A DNA stretch of 64,000 nt from Sphaerodactylus townsendi (taxonomy: Eukaryota): NCBI RefSeq assembly GCF_021028975.2, contig NC_059425.1, forward strand, positions 28,458,001 to 28,522,000. The letters are read 5' to 3'. The position numbers and the translations under genes are program-made. Within the stretch, counting starts at the first letter, position 1; the number at the start of each line of letters is the position of its first letter. Shown piece by piece: positions 30,094 through 41,376 of this stretch. Under the pieces are notes generated by a model, which saw nothing but the letters and a program-made list of their open reading frames with translations, was not told the DNA's origin and searched no databases.

Positions 30094-31967
30094 TCACAGA
30101 GTTGCTCCTCTTGCCTCAAGTCTTGGCTGGGGCCACCCACTAAAGACAGCAAAGGGAGTGGGTGTGGGGATGCCTCCGGTCCAGGAACTGGCATAGAGGC
30201 AGGACCTCATGGGCCATTTCTGCAACAGAAGAAGAGGGGAAATATTAAGGATGGAATTCCCAAGCCCTCTGTGTCTTCAAAGGTTTTTGCTCTTTGATAA
30301 AACACAAGTGGGCTACTATAGGGGCTTCCGGAGCTGTGGCATTCAGCAGCACCTCACCCAAAGGAAACGGGGGCTGCCATGCAGAGGTCCCCAGCCCTGC
30401 ATTTCTTCTACCGCCCCCCAACCTGGCTCCACCATTCCCCCTTTCTATGCTTTCAAGCTGCAGCTGATGTACAGTAACCCTTCATGGGATTTTCAAGGCC
30501 AGACAGTTCAGAGGTGGTCTGCTATTGCCCACCTCTGCCTAATGACTCTGGATTCCTTGGTGGTCTCCCCTCCAAATAGCAAACAAGGCTGACCCTGCTT
30601 AGCTTCTGGGATCTGCTGAGATCAGGCTAGCCTAGACCATCCCTCTATCCATTCATTTTGCTACCACTCCACGGCAGTACAGACTAAGAGGTAACCAGGG
30701 AAAAGTGACAGTGAGGTGTTACCTAGCAGTAGCTTTCCCCTAATGATTAGGGATGCCAACCTCCAGGTGGTGGCTGCAAATCTCTGGGGATCACATCTCC
30801 TCTCCAGAGATCAGTTTACCTGGAGAAAGTGGCCACTTCGGAAGGTGGACTCTATGGCATTCGACCTCATTGAAGTCCCTTCCCAAACAATACTGTCCTC
30901 AGGCTCCACCCCCAAATCTTCAAGTATTTCCCCACTTAGAGCTGGCAACCCTACTATTGATGCCTAACCAATCCCCCTCATGGGAGTTCAGCAGCATCCA
31001 GTACCTTTAGAGGGTGCAAGAAGACTGTTGGCGCTATCCTGGGTCCGGGGAGGCCTTGCTCAAGGGTCCGGCTCAGGTGGGCAATGTAGCTGGTTGCCAG
31101 GAGAAGCACGTCTAACTTGGAGAGCTTGGTGTCAGGTGGGACCGTGGGCAGTGCCGCTTGCAGCGCCAAGAATGCCTGATGGAGAGTCCGCACACGGCTT
31201 CGCTCCCGAGCAGCATTCACCGGGCACTGCACCTTCTCGGCAGCTCCGAGGGCAAGAGCAGCACGCCTCCGGCCCTGCGTGGAGGAAGCAGCCGCTTGAG
31301 AGACACGGACAAGTGGACTTGCCTCCAGCCCAGCTGCTTAGAATTGCCAGCTTCCCCTCCCACCCTCTGCTTAAAGTTTCCCCAAGAACTGGAGCAGCTT
31401 GGCTCTACCCCATCTCCGCAATCTGCCCTGGTTCCTCAAATGCTCCAGGCAGCTTCATCCTCTGCTGTCCTGTCTCTTCAATAAGTGCAACTATTTAAGC
31501 CCAGTTCAGAAAGCACCTACAAGATTTCACAGTTCCAGATAGTCTGAATCCCACAATACTAAGAAGCTAACAGTGCAGTCCTTAACAGAGTGACACCCTT
31601 CTAAGCCCTCTGAGGTCCATGTGCTTAGAAGGGTGTCACTCTGCTCGGGATTGCACTGTCAGCACACCCACCAACCTCGTACTGTGAAGCATCTCCTGCT
31701 ATTCCCCCCCAAGTGTGTTTCATTCATTACCCCTTTTGTGGCTGAGATCTGTGGTCCATCGCTGGGCAGCAGGGTCTCTCTTCTGCCGGTTTTCCTCTGG
31801 CCCCTGCTCCGTTCCGCTCGTCCCATCCTCCTAGTGCCAAAGGAAGACCACGTCTTCCTTTGGATGTCTTTGCAACTCCCACAATGTGGGAGATTAGTTG
31901 GTTTAAGGGTCCCGGTGTCCAGCGTGAGTAGTTGTTGAGCAGCGCCCACCTCCTTGAACTCAAACAT
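30094..31967 (-). CDS. TCF23: bHLH transcription factor 23 (OUT); 3 exons, ~210 aa (exon 1 tentative)
   Basis: Exon 2 (31274-31005) encodes [48 protein letters not shown]...HPLK. Exon 3 (30219-30094) encodes [10 protein letters not shown]...*. Candidate exon 1 (31967-31731, MFEFKEVG...ATKG, donor GTAATG, phase 0) joins in frame via the acceptor cttcctccacgcag. The position between SLC5A6 and PREB is syntenic. Confidence 0.9.
31570..31659. repeat. Short palindromic interspersed element (related copies ~26880-26945, ~47695-47782)
   Basis: Hairpin acagtgcagtcc...agagtgacacccttctaagc / gcttagaagggtgtcactct...ggattgcactgt. Confidence 0.7.
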
Positions 31968-32532
31968 CCCTCTTGCTACTGGTACAGAGGCCAAAAGGCA
32001 CCCAGTGTACCTCATCAGCTGGCGGTTTCCAGGAAGGGCAGAAGTTGTAGTTACCACTGTGCTGTTGCAGAGAGAGATGCTGACTCCTGGTGGATTCCCT
32101 GGGAGCCTGCCTTGCCTCCCAACCCCCCATGCAGTGCACAGTTTTCCTGGGAGGTCCAAACACCAGCCCAGCCCCCCTGTTGTTCTGGGAAAGCTTGGCC
32201 AGCTCCACCTCGGATCCTCTCATCAGGCAGAACCCCCAAAGGACTAGGAATCAGCGCTGAGAAGAAAATGACACAATGCATGAAGCTGCCTTATACTGAG
32301 TATACCCTTGGCCCATCAGAGTCAGTATTGTCTACAAAGACTGGCCAGCAGCTCTCTGGGGTTTCAGGTCTTGCACATCACCCAGTGCCTGATTCCTTTT
32401 AACTGGAGATGCTAGGAACTGAACCTGGGACCTTCTGCACGCCGAGCAGACTCTATCACTGAGCCACAGCCCTTCCCTGTGTCCTGTTAGCCTACTAAAC
32501 AGGGGCTTAGTTACATTATATTCTATCTACCT

Positions 32533-32718
32533 CAGTGGTTCTCAACCTTCCTAATGCCGCGACCCTTTAATACAGTTCCTCATATTGTGGTGACCCCCAA
32601 CCCTAACATTTGTCCATTTTACAGATGGAGAACACTGATGCAGAGAGTCCTAGATGACCCCTGTGAAAGGGTCGTTTGACCCCCAAAGGGGTCCTGACCC
32701 ACAGGTTGAGAACCACTG
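32533..32718 (+). mobile_element. hAT-Charlie MITE, SPIN/URR1-like
   Basis: TIR CAGTGGTTCTCAACCT and a perfect 8-bp TSD ATCTACCT. Subterminal sequence TCCTAATGCCGCGACCCTTTAATACAGTTCCTCAT matches SPIN/URR1 as I recall it. Confidence 0.85.
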
Positions 32719-33132
32719 ATCTACCTGTGGGTCTTCCCTGCCAAATGGCACATAGAGGACCCAAATCTTGGCATCACTCCAGAGGCTACCCTTAAAGTTA
32801 GACTACTAGCCCATGTAGCCTAGAATGGTCCACTCTGACAGGTTCTATCCTCAGCCCTGCTACCAAAATCTTTTAGCTAGAAATGCCTGACAATGAACCT
32901 AAACTTGTGCTTCAAGGCAGGGCTCCTGCTTAATCTGCAGCCAGGAGCCGCCTCCCTGGGGGAAAGATCTGTTGCCTTCATTTTGATAGGGCAATCCAAC
33001 TTTCCCGTAATTTGTCCATCACCTTCACCATTTGGGGAGGATGGCAAAATATTCCCATCTACTTTTTTTTTAAGCCACAGCTTAATGGATCAGCCTGGAA
33101 GTCATGTATAAAATGGACAGGATAGGTAGAAG

Positions 33133-33232
33133 CAGTGGTGGGATTCAAATAATTTAACAACTGATTGTTTACAAGCACCTTTTTAACAACTGGTTCTGCC
33201 GAAGTGGTGCGAACCTGCTGAATCCCACTATG
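33133..33232. mobile_element. 100-bp hAT MITE
   Basis: TIRs CAGTGGTGGGATTCA / TGAATCCCACTATG with a perfect 8-bp TSD GGTAGAAG. Confidence 0.85.
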
Positions 33233-33394
33233 GGTAGAAGACTTTGTACTGTGCTCCAAACTAAATGTTCCACCTCTGCACCTTGACAATATACTTCTCA
33301 TCTTCCCATGACGTTGTTCTTCTCAATCAGACACTTTCTCCCGCTGTTCTCTCCTTGTGTTCTTCCAAAGTGTGCCACCCCTCTTCCCTTACAC

Positions 33395-33580
33395 CAGTGG
33401 TTCTCAAACTGGTGGTTGGGACCCCTTTGGGGGTCCAACGACCCTTTCACAGGGGTCGCCTAAGACTCTCTGCATCAGTGTTCTCCATCTGTAAAATGGA
33501 TAAATGTTAGGGTTGGGGGTCACCACAACATGAGGAACTGTATTAAAGGGTCGCGACATTAGGAAGGTTGAGAACCACTG
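33395..33580 (-). mobile_element. Second SPIN/URR1-like MITE, opposite orientation
   Basis: Reverse complement of 32533-32718 with high identity; TSD imperfect. Confidence 0.85.
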
Positions 33581-35039
33581 CAACACCCTTGTCAAGCCAC
33601 TTCGTTCTCCACTTCAAGGCCCACATTTTTAACAAGGCCTTTTCAGGGAGATGAAGCCCATCCTCAGCTATTCACCACAAATGGAGCTTCCAAACTAAAA
33701 GGCAGTGCATCTCTGAATACCAGTTGCCGGAGAGGTTGGGGTGGCTTCCTGCCATGTTTGTAGACTTCCCATGGGGATCAAACAGAAAGAGAATACTTTT
33801 CTTGATTCTGACCCAGGAAAGAAATGCTCCATGAACTTCCTTAGCTGTGATTCCACTTTCACTGGAGGCATCCTGAATCCATCCTATTATTCCTTGGCCA
33901 CTCTTCAGTGCCATCTGAAGCAGGTCTGTTCACCAGGGCTTACTCCCAGGAAAGCATTTTTAGGATTGAATAGTCGGTTACCTAGCACAAAACAAAGCAT
34001 TCTGGAGATGAGCTGTGTTTCTCAGAGGATGCATACATCACCTAGAAGACAATTAATAGTGCTATAAAAACTTTAAAGAAGACCAGGCATGCAATTAGCC
34101 AGCTCTGTGGTAGCCCTTTTCCAATCTGAGCCAAATAGGGTGTGCTATTTGGCATACCCTATCATTAGTTAACGTTTTTTATCTAGAAAAGTGACATGCC
34201 ACTTCTCCAAAGTCCTGCTCAAGATAGTTCAAAAAGTTAAACCAGATGCAATAACATCATTAAAATAATAACTGTAAAATTATAATTACTAAAGCAAGCC
34301 ACAAAAAAAATTAAAGGTTCTGAAATGATATCCATAAAATACCTCAGCCTAAAAGCGGAGCGTTAAAAACAATTTAAATATGCAACACTTCAGTTAATGG
34401 GAAAGGTACCTTGTACTTAAAGGACACTAAAGTTGGGGTTGCATGTTCATTGCATGTGGATGTGGGTGTGGTGGTGGTGCAAATCTTCCAAAGGCAAGGA
34501 TATCATGACTGAAAAAAACCTATACACCACATCTGCAGGTTGGGCACGGAGATCTGGCCTTGTAAAGGTTCTCCTAACTGGCAGGATGGACTTATGGGAG
34601 GGGACATTACTTTGGATATCCTGCCCACTCACGCCATTTAGGCCTTGAAGGCAAGAACCAGCACACTAAATTGTACTTGGAAGCAAGTATGCATCCCCTG
34701 CGGATCTTACACTATAGCGATGATTTCATCCTGATATCCAGCCCTGACAATACCAAGGTTACCTCATCTGTGACCAACTGAAGTTTCTATGATTTCAATG
34801 GCACACACGTGTGTGGCACACAATAGCACCTTAGAAACCAACAACATGTTTGCAACATAAGCTTTTGAGAGTCAAAGATCCTTTTGTCAGATGTGGGAAC
34901 GTAGTTCCTGATGGAGTCTGCTAGAGAGCACACAGTATTTAGGCAAATTCTACACACATACGCACAATCAAGTCAGCATAAACGTGCATAAGCCTATCCA
35001 TCGGGCACAGTCGTTTGCCCTCGTCTACCTGCTCTTTCA

Positions 35040-35610
35040 AAGTGTCTACCCTGTCCAGCTTCCGCCCTTCAGAAAGATGGCGCGTATAAGTATGTGAAGC
35101 CCGTGAGATGATCACGTGATGCGAGGCACGGCGCGCCGGCCGGCTGAGCTTCTATGCTGACGTGTACCGAGAAGTCCGTGCTTGCGCTGTGCGGAAGATT
35201 GCGAAGTTTACGCATGCCCAGTAGGGGACTGAGTGCTGCGGCTACCGGGAACGGACTGAAACTAAGGAGGAAGGGGAGGGGAGGACGTCGGGGCGGGCGA
35301 GGAAGAGGTCAAAGGTCGTGTCGGAGGGAGGGTTAAGTGAGGGGAAGGTTTCCCTAGGGTTGGCATGAGCTGACCTTTGGCCCCTCTGTCGCCACGGCCA
35401 TGGCCCCCCGGCGGCCCCCGGAGCTCTACCGGGCTCCCTTCCCCCTCTACGCCCTGCGCGTCCATCGAGAGGCTGGCCTGGTTCTGATCGCGGGTGGCGG
35501 CGGAGCTGCCAAGACCGGCATCAAGAATGGCCTGGTAAGCAGAGGGAGGGAGCTGCTGCGCCCATCGCCTGGCGTCGGTCCGGGTCTGCACCTGTCAACG
35601 TGCCCGTGAT
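35040..35610 (+). promoter_or_regulatory. CpG-island promoter and first exon of PREB
   Basis: Sharp rise in CpG density. YY1-like AAGATGGCG 35074-35082, palindromic E-box ATCACGTGAT 35111-35120, TGACGTG 35158-35164, and GC boxes. Confidence 0.85.
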
Positions 35611-38600
35611 AACTTGGCACGGACTGGCATAGAGAATGCCAGTTCTGTGCCCATCATCTGGCCATCGGGCAGAAGCAGTGTCACTGTGTCTTGAGACAGG
35701 TGGAACTCTTGCTCGGGTACAAGGTTTGGCCACCTCTAGGTGTAACTGGTTTCTGCCCACTGAACGGACACATTGCGCCGCATTTACCTGGCGCTTTCTG
35801 GAGAAAGCAAACAGAGTCCAGCAGTACTTCAGGGACAAAGCATTTATTCCAGCCTACCTTTCGTGTGTTAACAGACACTTTATCAGGTGCAGATGTCCAA
35901 AGAGGATGTGCAGGTGGGCACTTCATGCATCTGATGAAGTGACCCATGATGCAGGAACAGATTTTCTGAGTCCTATTTTGTTTTGCTGCTACAGACTAAC
36001 ACAGCTACCCGGAATTGGTGTGCTACAGCAGTTACTTTGCTAGTTAGTGCTCTGGAATGAGGTACTGCATCAGGCCAGCAAAAAGGGAAAGGTTGCCCTG
36101 TGCAATGTGGGAGAGTCTGACTGGGGTGCTCTGGAGCTGCTGTTCCCCCAAAGGACCATTGGCTTGTGGATTTCCTGCTGCTGTCCTCCTAGTTTCAAGG
36201 ACCAGAGACAGGATGCTGGGACGGTATCACAGTGGTGGGGAGAAGGGGGACTGGCAATTGTGTGGAACAACTCCTCCGTTATGATGGGGGGCAGGGGCAA
36301 AATCTGTGGAAATACAAAGGAGTCAATTATGGAATTGATTTTGATGCATGTTGTGGGCTCTTCATCCAAATCTCTTCTCCGTCTCTCTTTCCCAGCACTT
36401 CTTGCAACTGGACTGGAGAGGAGGCGAACTGTCTGCTTCACTGTTGCATGCGCACGACACAGAGACACGAGCCACCATGACCATGGCGTTGGCAGGGGAC
36501 GTCATTGCTGCTGGACAGGATGCCGACTGCCACATCCTGAATTTCCATCTGCAGAAACCCAGTCAGAAAGGGGGCAGTGGTGATTCTGCCGCCAATAAAG
36601 CAAGTGAGGACTTAGTGGTTACTTTGAGGGGGTGGGATTATGTAACCTATCCCACCTAGAGAGTCCAGGGCAGGTGGAAGAGTCAAGAGAAGAGTCCTGT
36701 GTATAAAATGTCCATTAAAATATACAGTATGCAGAAATAAACATTACCTACAGTGATTAATTACCAACCTTCAGTGTTTTCTGAAGATGCTCTATTTTGT
36801 TCAGATTTTAGCAGATCTGCAGAATAGGAATGTTGGCCTATAGATTTCCTCTGTGCAGGGCTCTGCTTAGCAAATAGAGTCAGGACAGCCTGCCCCTCTT
36901 GACTTAGTTTAGTGGTGTCTGAACAGTTTCCTGCAAGCCAAGGAAACAGGGCTGAGAAGCCTACCAAGGTGATCTGTGGCAGATAAAGGGCAGATGTGCC
37001 TGGAGTTGTCTATCAATTTCATTCTGCCTGCAGGTGGTGACGAGAAGGGTCCCCGGAGGCGCAAGGGCCCCCTACCCAGTGGACCGCGAAGTAACAGCGA
37101 TACGTGCAAAGAGACAACTGAAGTGACTGTGGAAACTCTGCACCGTGTCCAGACAGATACCAGCACAGATGCCCTGCAGAAGGCCGTGTGTTTCAGTGAT
37201 GACCATACCCTCCTGGCCACTGGTGGTGTGGATGGATTCCTGCGGGTCTGGGAGGTACAAGCAACTCTGGTCCAGGGGTGGGGGCCAGGAGAGATGGCCT
37301 GCAACTGAGGACAGGGTTAAAAGCGTGCTGTAATTAGGCACTGGCTCTTTATATGTGAAAGCATAAGAAGTGCTCTCCCTCTCTTCCCCAAATTAGTCCT
37401 CCTGAGGGCAATGCAAATGCCTCTTCTCTCTGTCCCCTAGTTTCCCAGCATGAAGAAAACTCTTGAGTTCCAGGCTCACAAGGGAGAGATTGAAGACATA
37501 GCACTCAGTCCGGATAATAAGGTGAGGGTGTTGTCTTGTCCAAGACCAGATTTATCTACCGTGTCCCTGCTATGAAAGGCTGTATTTGTCGGTGAAGAGA
37601 GAGGTTTGTTGCTAGATTTCCCACAGCCTTATCCTTGGCATGTCACAGCAACAGTGTCCTTCTGCTCCGCCACCTAGGCAGGGAAGAATAGTGTGAACTG
37701 TGATGTATTGACATATGTAACATGAAATAATTTATGCTAGAGATTTCCTGGTCAGTATACATATGGGTAGTCAGCAAGTCTTCATTGTTTGTCTTGTCTG
37801 TGTGGATAGCTGATGTCCTGCATCCCACCACTTCTGGAATACTACTCCCTACCCCTTCTTGTTCGTGAGTTTCTGTGGATCTTATGGTTATTCATGAGAC
37901 CCAGGGGTGTACCTGCCAGTGGGACAGGAGGCAGGTAACATGGGGGGCACAAAATCGCCTCCCACACACCAAAGCCTGCCACGGGCCTGCCAGGTGTCCC
38001 TCGACTTGGGGCGCCCGGCAGGCTTATGAAAGGCTCCCAGCACCGGCTTCTGCCAGCCTCCCCACCTGGGGGCGCGGGGGTGTAGCAGCCTGCTGCAAGC
38101 GCACTTCGAGGGGCACTTTGGCAGGCTCGCAGCAGGCTGCCGGCACCCCGCCACCTCTATTGGAGACTGGTAGAAGCTGCTGGGTTGGGGGCAGGGGCTG
38201 GGCGGGTGTGTGTGCGTGCATTCAGGCACCATTTCATACCCCCGCCCAAATATGCATCTGATGAGACCTCTAAGCCTGTGCTCAAGATTTGCGTGGAGTT
38301 GTGTGCTTTGAGCTGCCCCCCCTGCTATATGAATCTCTTTTGGCAACCTGAGTGCCCATTAGAATTGATTGTTGGAGCTGCTAGTGTAGATGGTCAAAAC
38401 CTCAGGAGAGTTGCCTGGTTCTAACCCAAAGCAGTGCTTTTGACGGCAAAAGATGCCTGCGAGAACATGTAGGGACTGTGTGCCTTTATGTCCTCGGCTC
38501 AGGCAGATGCTCTCAGAATGTCACTGGGATATTGAATCTGGATCTGTTCGGTCAGAGTGGAGCATCTTGGTTTTCTGCAGCCAGGGAACAGCACCTCAGC

Positions 38601-41376
38601 ATTTGAGGGGAAAAAGACCAAAGAACATTTTTGTAAAAAAAACAAAACAAAGTCTGTCTTTAGTCCTAGGTATATTTAATATTCTGGAATGTTTATAGAG
38701 ATGCATTTAGCTGTTACTCAAGCCAGGTGTTCAGAGCAGAAGTCCCTTATTTTAAAGGATTAAAAAATCTGCTTTGCCTTGCCTGGCACCAACAGTCTCG
38801 ATCTGTACCTGAAGCAGACAAAGGCTGAATGCATGTACCATTCAGAACTGGAAAAATATTCCAAATCTTGTGGTGGGTTTTCCGGGCTGTGTGGCCATGG
38901 TCTGGTGGATCTTGTTTCGGCTGCATCTGTGGCTGTCATCCTCAGAGGTTTATCACAGAGGGACGTCTGTTACACACTGAATCCAGTGAGAAGGGAATGT
39001 TTTAATGGGGTATAAATTGTCATGTCCTCGGGTGGGGAACCAATCAGTAAGTGTTTGTGTGGAACTTGCTATGCAAGAGTGTGGTTGATAGTATAGTATT
39101 GCAGGTGGGGTTTTTCAGTCCAGGGAGTGATTCACATTGGATTCCGCAGATGCAGGTGAAACATTAGGAACAAGATCCACCAGACCACGGCCACACAGCC
39201 TGGAAAACCCACCACAACCAGTTGAATCTGATTGCTAGGCATTCCGGTATAAGATGACATGGGGTGGGGTGAGGATTCCTCTGGTAGGTTGTTCCCTCAG
39301 AGATAATCTAATGGATAGAAAAATCTCCATAACAGGCCAAACTAGCCAGCTCTTATGAGAGCTTGTAAGCTAAGAAGAGTCGGCACTTAGATGAGATGGG
39401 AGACATCAAGAGAGACTGGCGCGACTGTGCAGTGGAAAGCAATTGCAAACCACCTCTGCTCATCTCTCACCTTGAAAACTCCATGAGGTGGAAGTTCGTG
39501 GGGTTGCTCTGAGTTGGTCATGACTCAGAGGCAGAAAAAGGCGGAGCAGTTGAGACCTTTGTCCCCCTCTGGCTGGGGTTGTGCAGGGCAGGTGTTGAGT
39601 GTCCTAGCGATGAATGTAGCACCGCCCTCTTGTGGGTCCGCAGATCGTGACAGTGGGACGGGACTTCCAGTGCTGCGTGTGGCAGCGGGACCAGATGGTG
39701 ACAGCGCTGCACTGGAACGAGAACCTTCCGGGCATCCCAGATAAGGCCTACCGCTACCAGGCTTGCAGGTAATGATCTGGGCCTTGCACGTGCTTGCTTA
39801 TGTTTAAGCAAATCAATTGCTCTGATGCCTTCTCTTCCTGGCACAGGTTTGGGACAGTGGAGGACCAAGCCAAGGCATTGCGGCTGTACACGGTGCAGAT
39901 CCCTTACAAGCGGGAACGCCGGCCACCCCCTTGCTACATTACCAAGTGGGATGGGCACAGCTTCCTGCCCCTACTTACTCAGCCATGCGGTAACGAGGTA
40001 ATCTCCTGCCTCTCTGTCAGGTAGGCCCACCTGGAAGGTTTTCTTCCTTTTACTTTTTAAGAACTTTTATTTAATTTCTACCCTAGCCAATGGTCAGGCT
40101 TCTTTTTTATGTCCCTCTCTCCCTCCTCTGGAAAGCTGGGAGGAGGCCAGGAAAGGAATTGCGTGTAGGTGGCATGTGATAGAATTTTATTTCTGAAAAG
40201 AGAGAAGTCAGGCCAACTTGCAAGTCGCATCCTCTGTTGGGCGCATTCCCCAATCCCAGGTATAATCAGTGACTAAAGAAAGGTGGTCTGCTGTCTTAGA
40301 AGTTGTTTGTGCGTTTCAAGATTAAAAAGCAATTCCAGTCCACTTCAGCACCTGTCTGCCTGGCTCTGTAGCTACCAATTGTGTCTGTCTCTTGCAGTGA
40401 CAGTGGCACGTTCCTGGGTCTGGGCACTGTGACGGGCTCCGTTGCCATCTTTGTCTCCTTCTCCTTGCAGGTATGGAGTCTTCAGGTCATGTGCAAGACT
40501 GAGCCAGATCAGGGGAAGGGAGGCATCTGTACAGCTAGATCAGGGGTCTGCAACCTGTGGCTCTCCAGATGTTTATGGACTACAAATCCCATCAGCCCCT
40601 GCCAGCTTGGCCAATTGGGATGGGAATTGTAGTCCATGAACATCTGGGGAGCCGCAGGTTGCAGACCCCTGAGCTAGATCGTAGGGTGGCTGTGTTTTGG
40701 AGTGGGGCCACGGGATTTGCGTGCACTATTTCGTGGGGCTGGATTAACCACCAGGCAGACTATGGTCCCTGTGGACTGAACATAGGGCTGGCAATCTGAT
40801 GCCTTTTCCTCCGGGGGTGGGGGGTCACCAGGGCACTGGAGTGATAATGTTGTCAAGCCCCTGCTCAAGTACGCTAGGTCTAGCTGAGCCTCTGCTAAAA
40901 AAAAACCCTGTGTCTTCACCCACAGAGGTTGTACTATGTGCGGGAGGCCCATGGCATCGTGGTCACTGCTGTTGCCTTCCTGCCCGAAACCCCTGAGCTG
41001 CTGAAGGAGAATGAGGTGGCCCTGCTGAGTGTGGCCGTGGACAGCCGCTGCCGTCTGCACCGGATCCCCTGCCGGCGTACGTCCCGGGGTAGGAGGGTGG
41101 AAGCTGGGGCTGAAGGGTACCAATGCCAAGGCTGGAGATCTCAGCCTTCCTGTGAGCTCTTCTCGCAGTGGGTCTTTCTAGGAGGTGGGACGTGGGGCAG
41201 CACTCCTTGTTTCTGAATGAAGTGTGGGGTAACACACATGTGCTCAGCACACACAACTTAAACACTCCTGTCTCTTCACAGGGAGTTTCCCGGTGTGGCT
41301 GGTGCTGCTCTTGTGTGCTGGACTGCTTGTGGGCACGATCCTACTGCTACAGTTGGCCTTCCCAGGCTTCCTCTAG
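35400..41376 (+). CDS. PREB: Prolactin regulatory element-binding protein / Sec12 homolog (Sar1 GEF, WD40 propeller, C-terminal TM); 9 exons, ~412-420 aa
   Basis: Exons 35400-35534, 36396-36603 (or 36579), 37034-37254, 37441-37521, 39644-39768, 39847-40020, 40398-40470, 40926-41076, 41282-41376. Encodes [12 protein letters not shown], the K-loop [13 protein letters not shown], and a hydrophobic C-terminus ending AFPGFL*. Confidence 0.97.
38865..39230. mobile_element. Penelope-like fragment with inverted terminal segments
   Basis: 38867-38925 is the reverse complement of ~39147-39220; same family as 8995-9090. Confidence 0.7.
40541..40671. mobile_element. Palindromic hAT MITE (CAGGGG termini)
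   Basis: Long TIRs and a perfect TSD AGCTAGAT. Confidence 0.88.
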
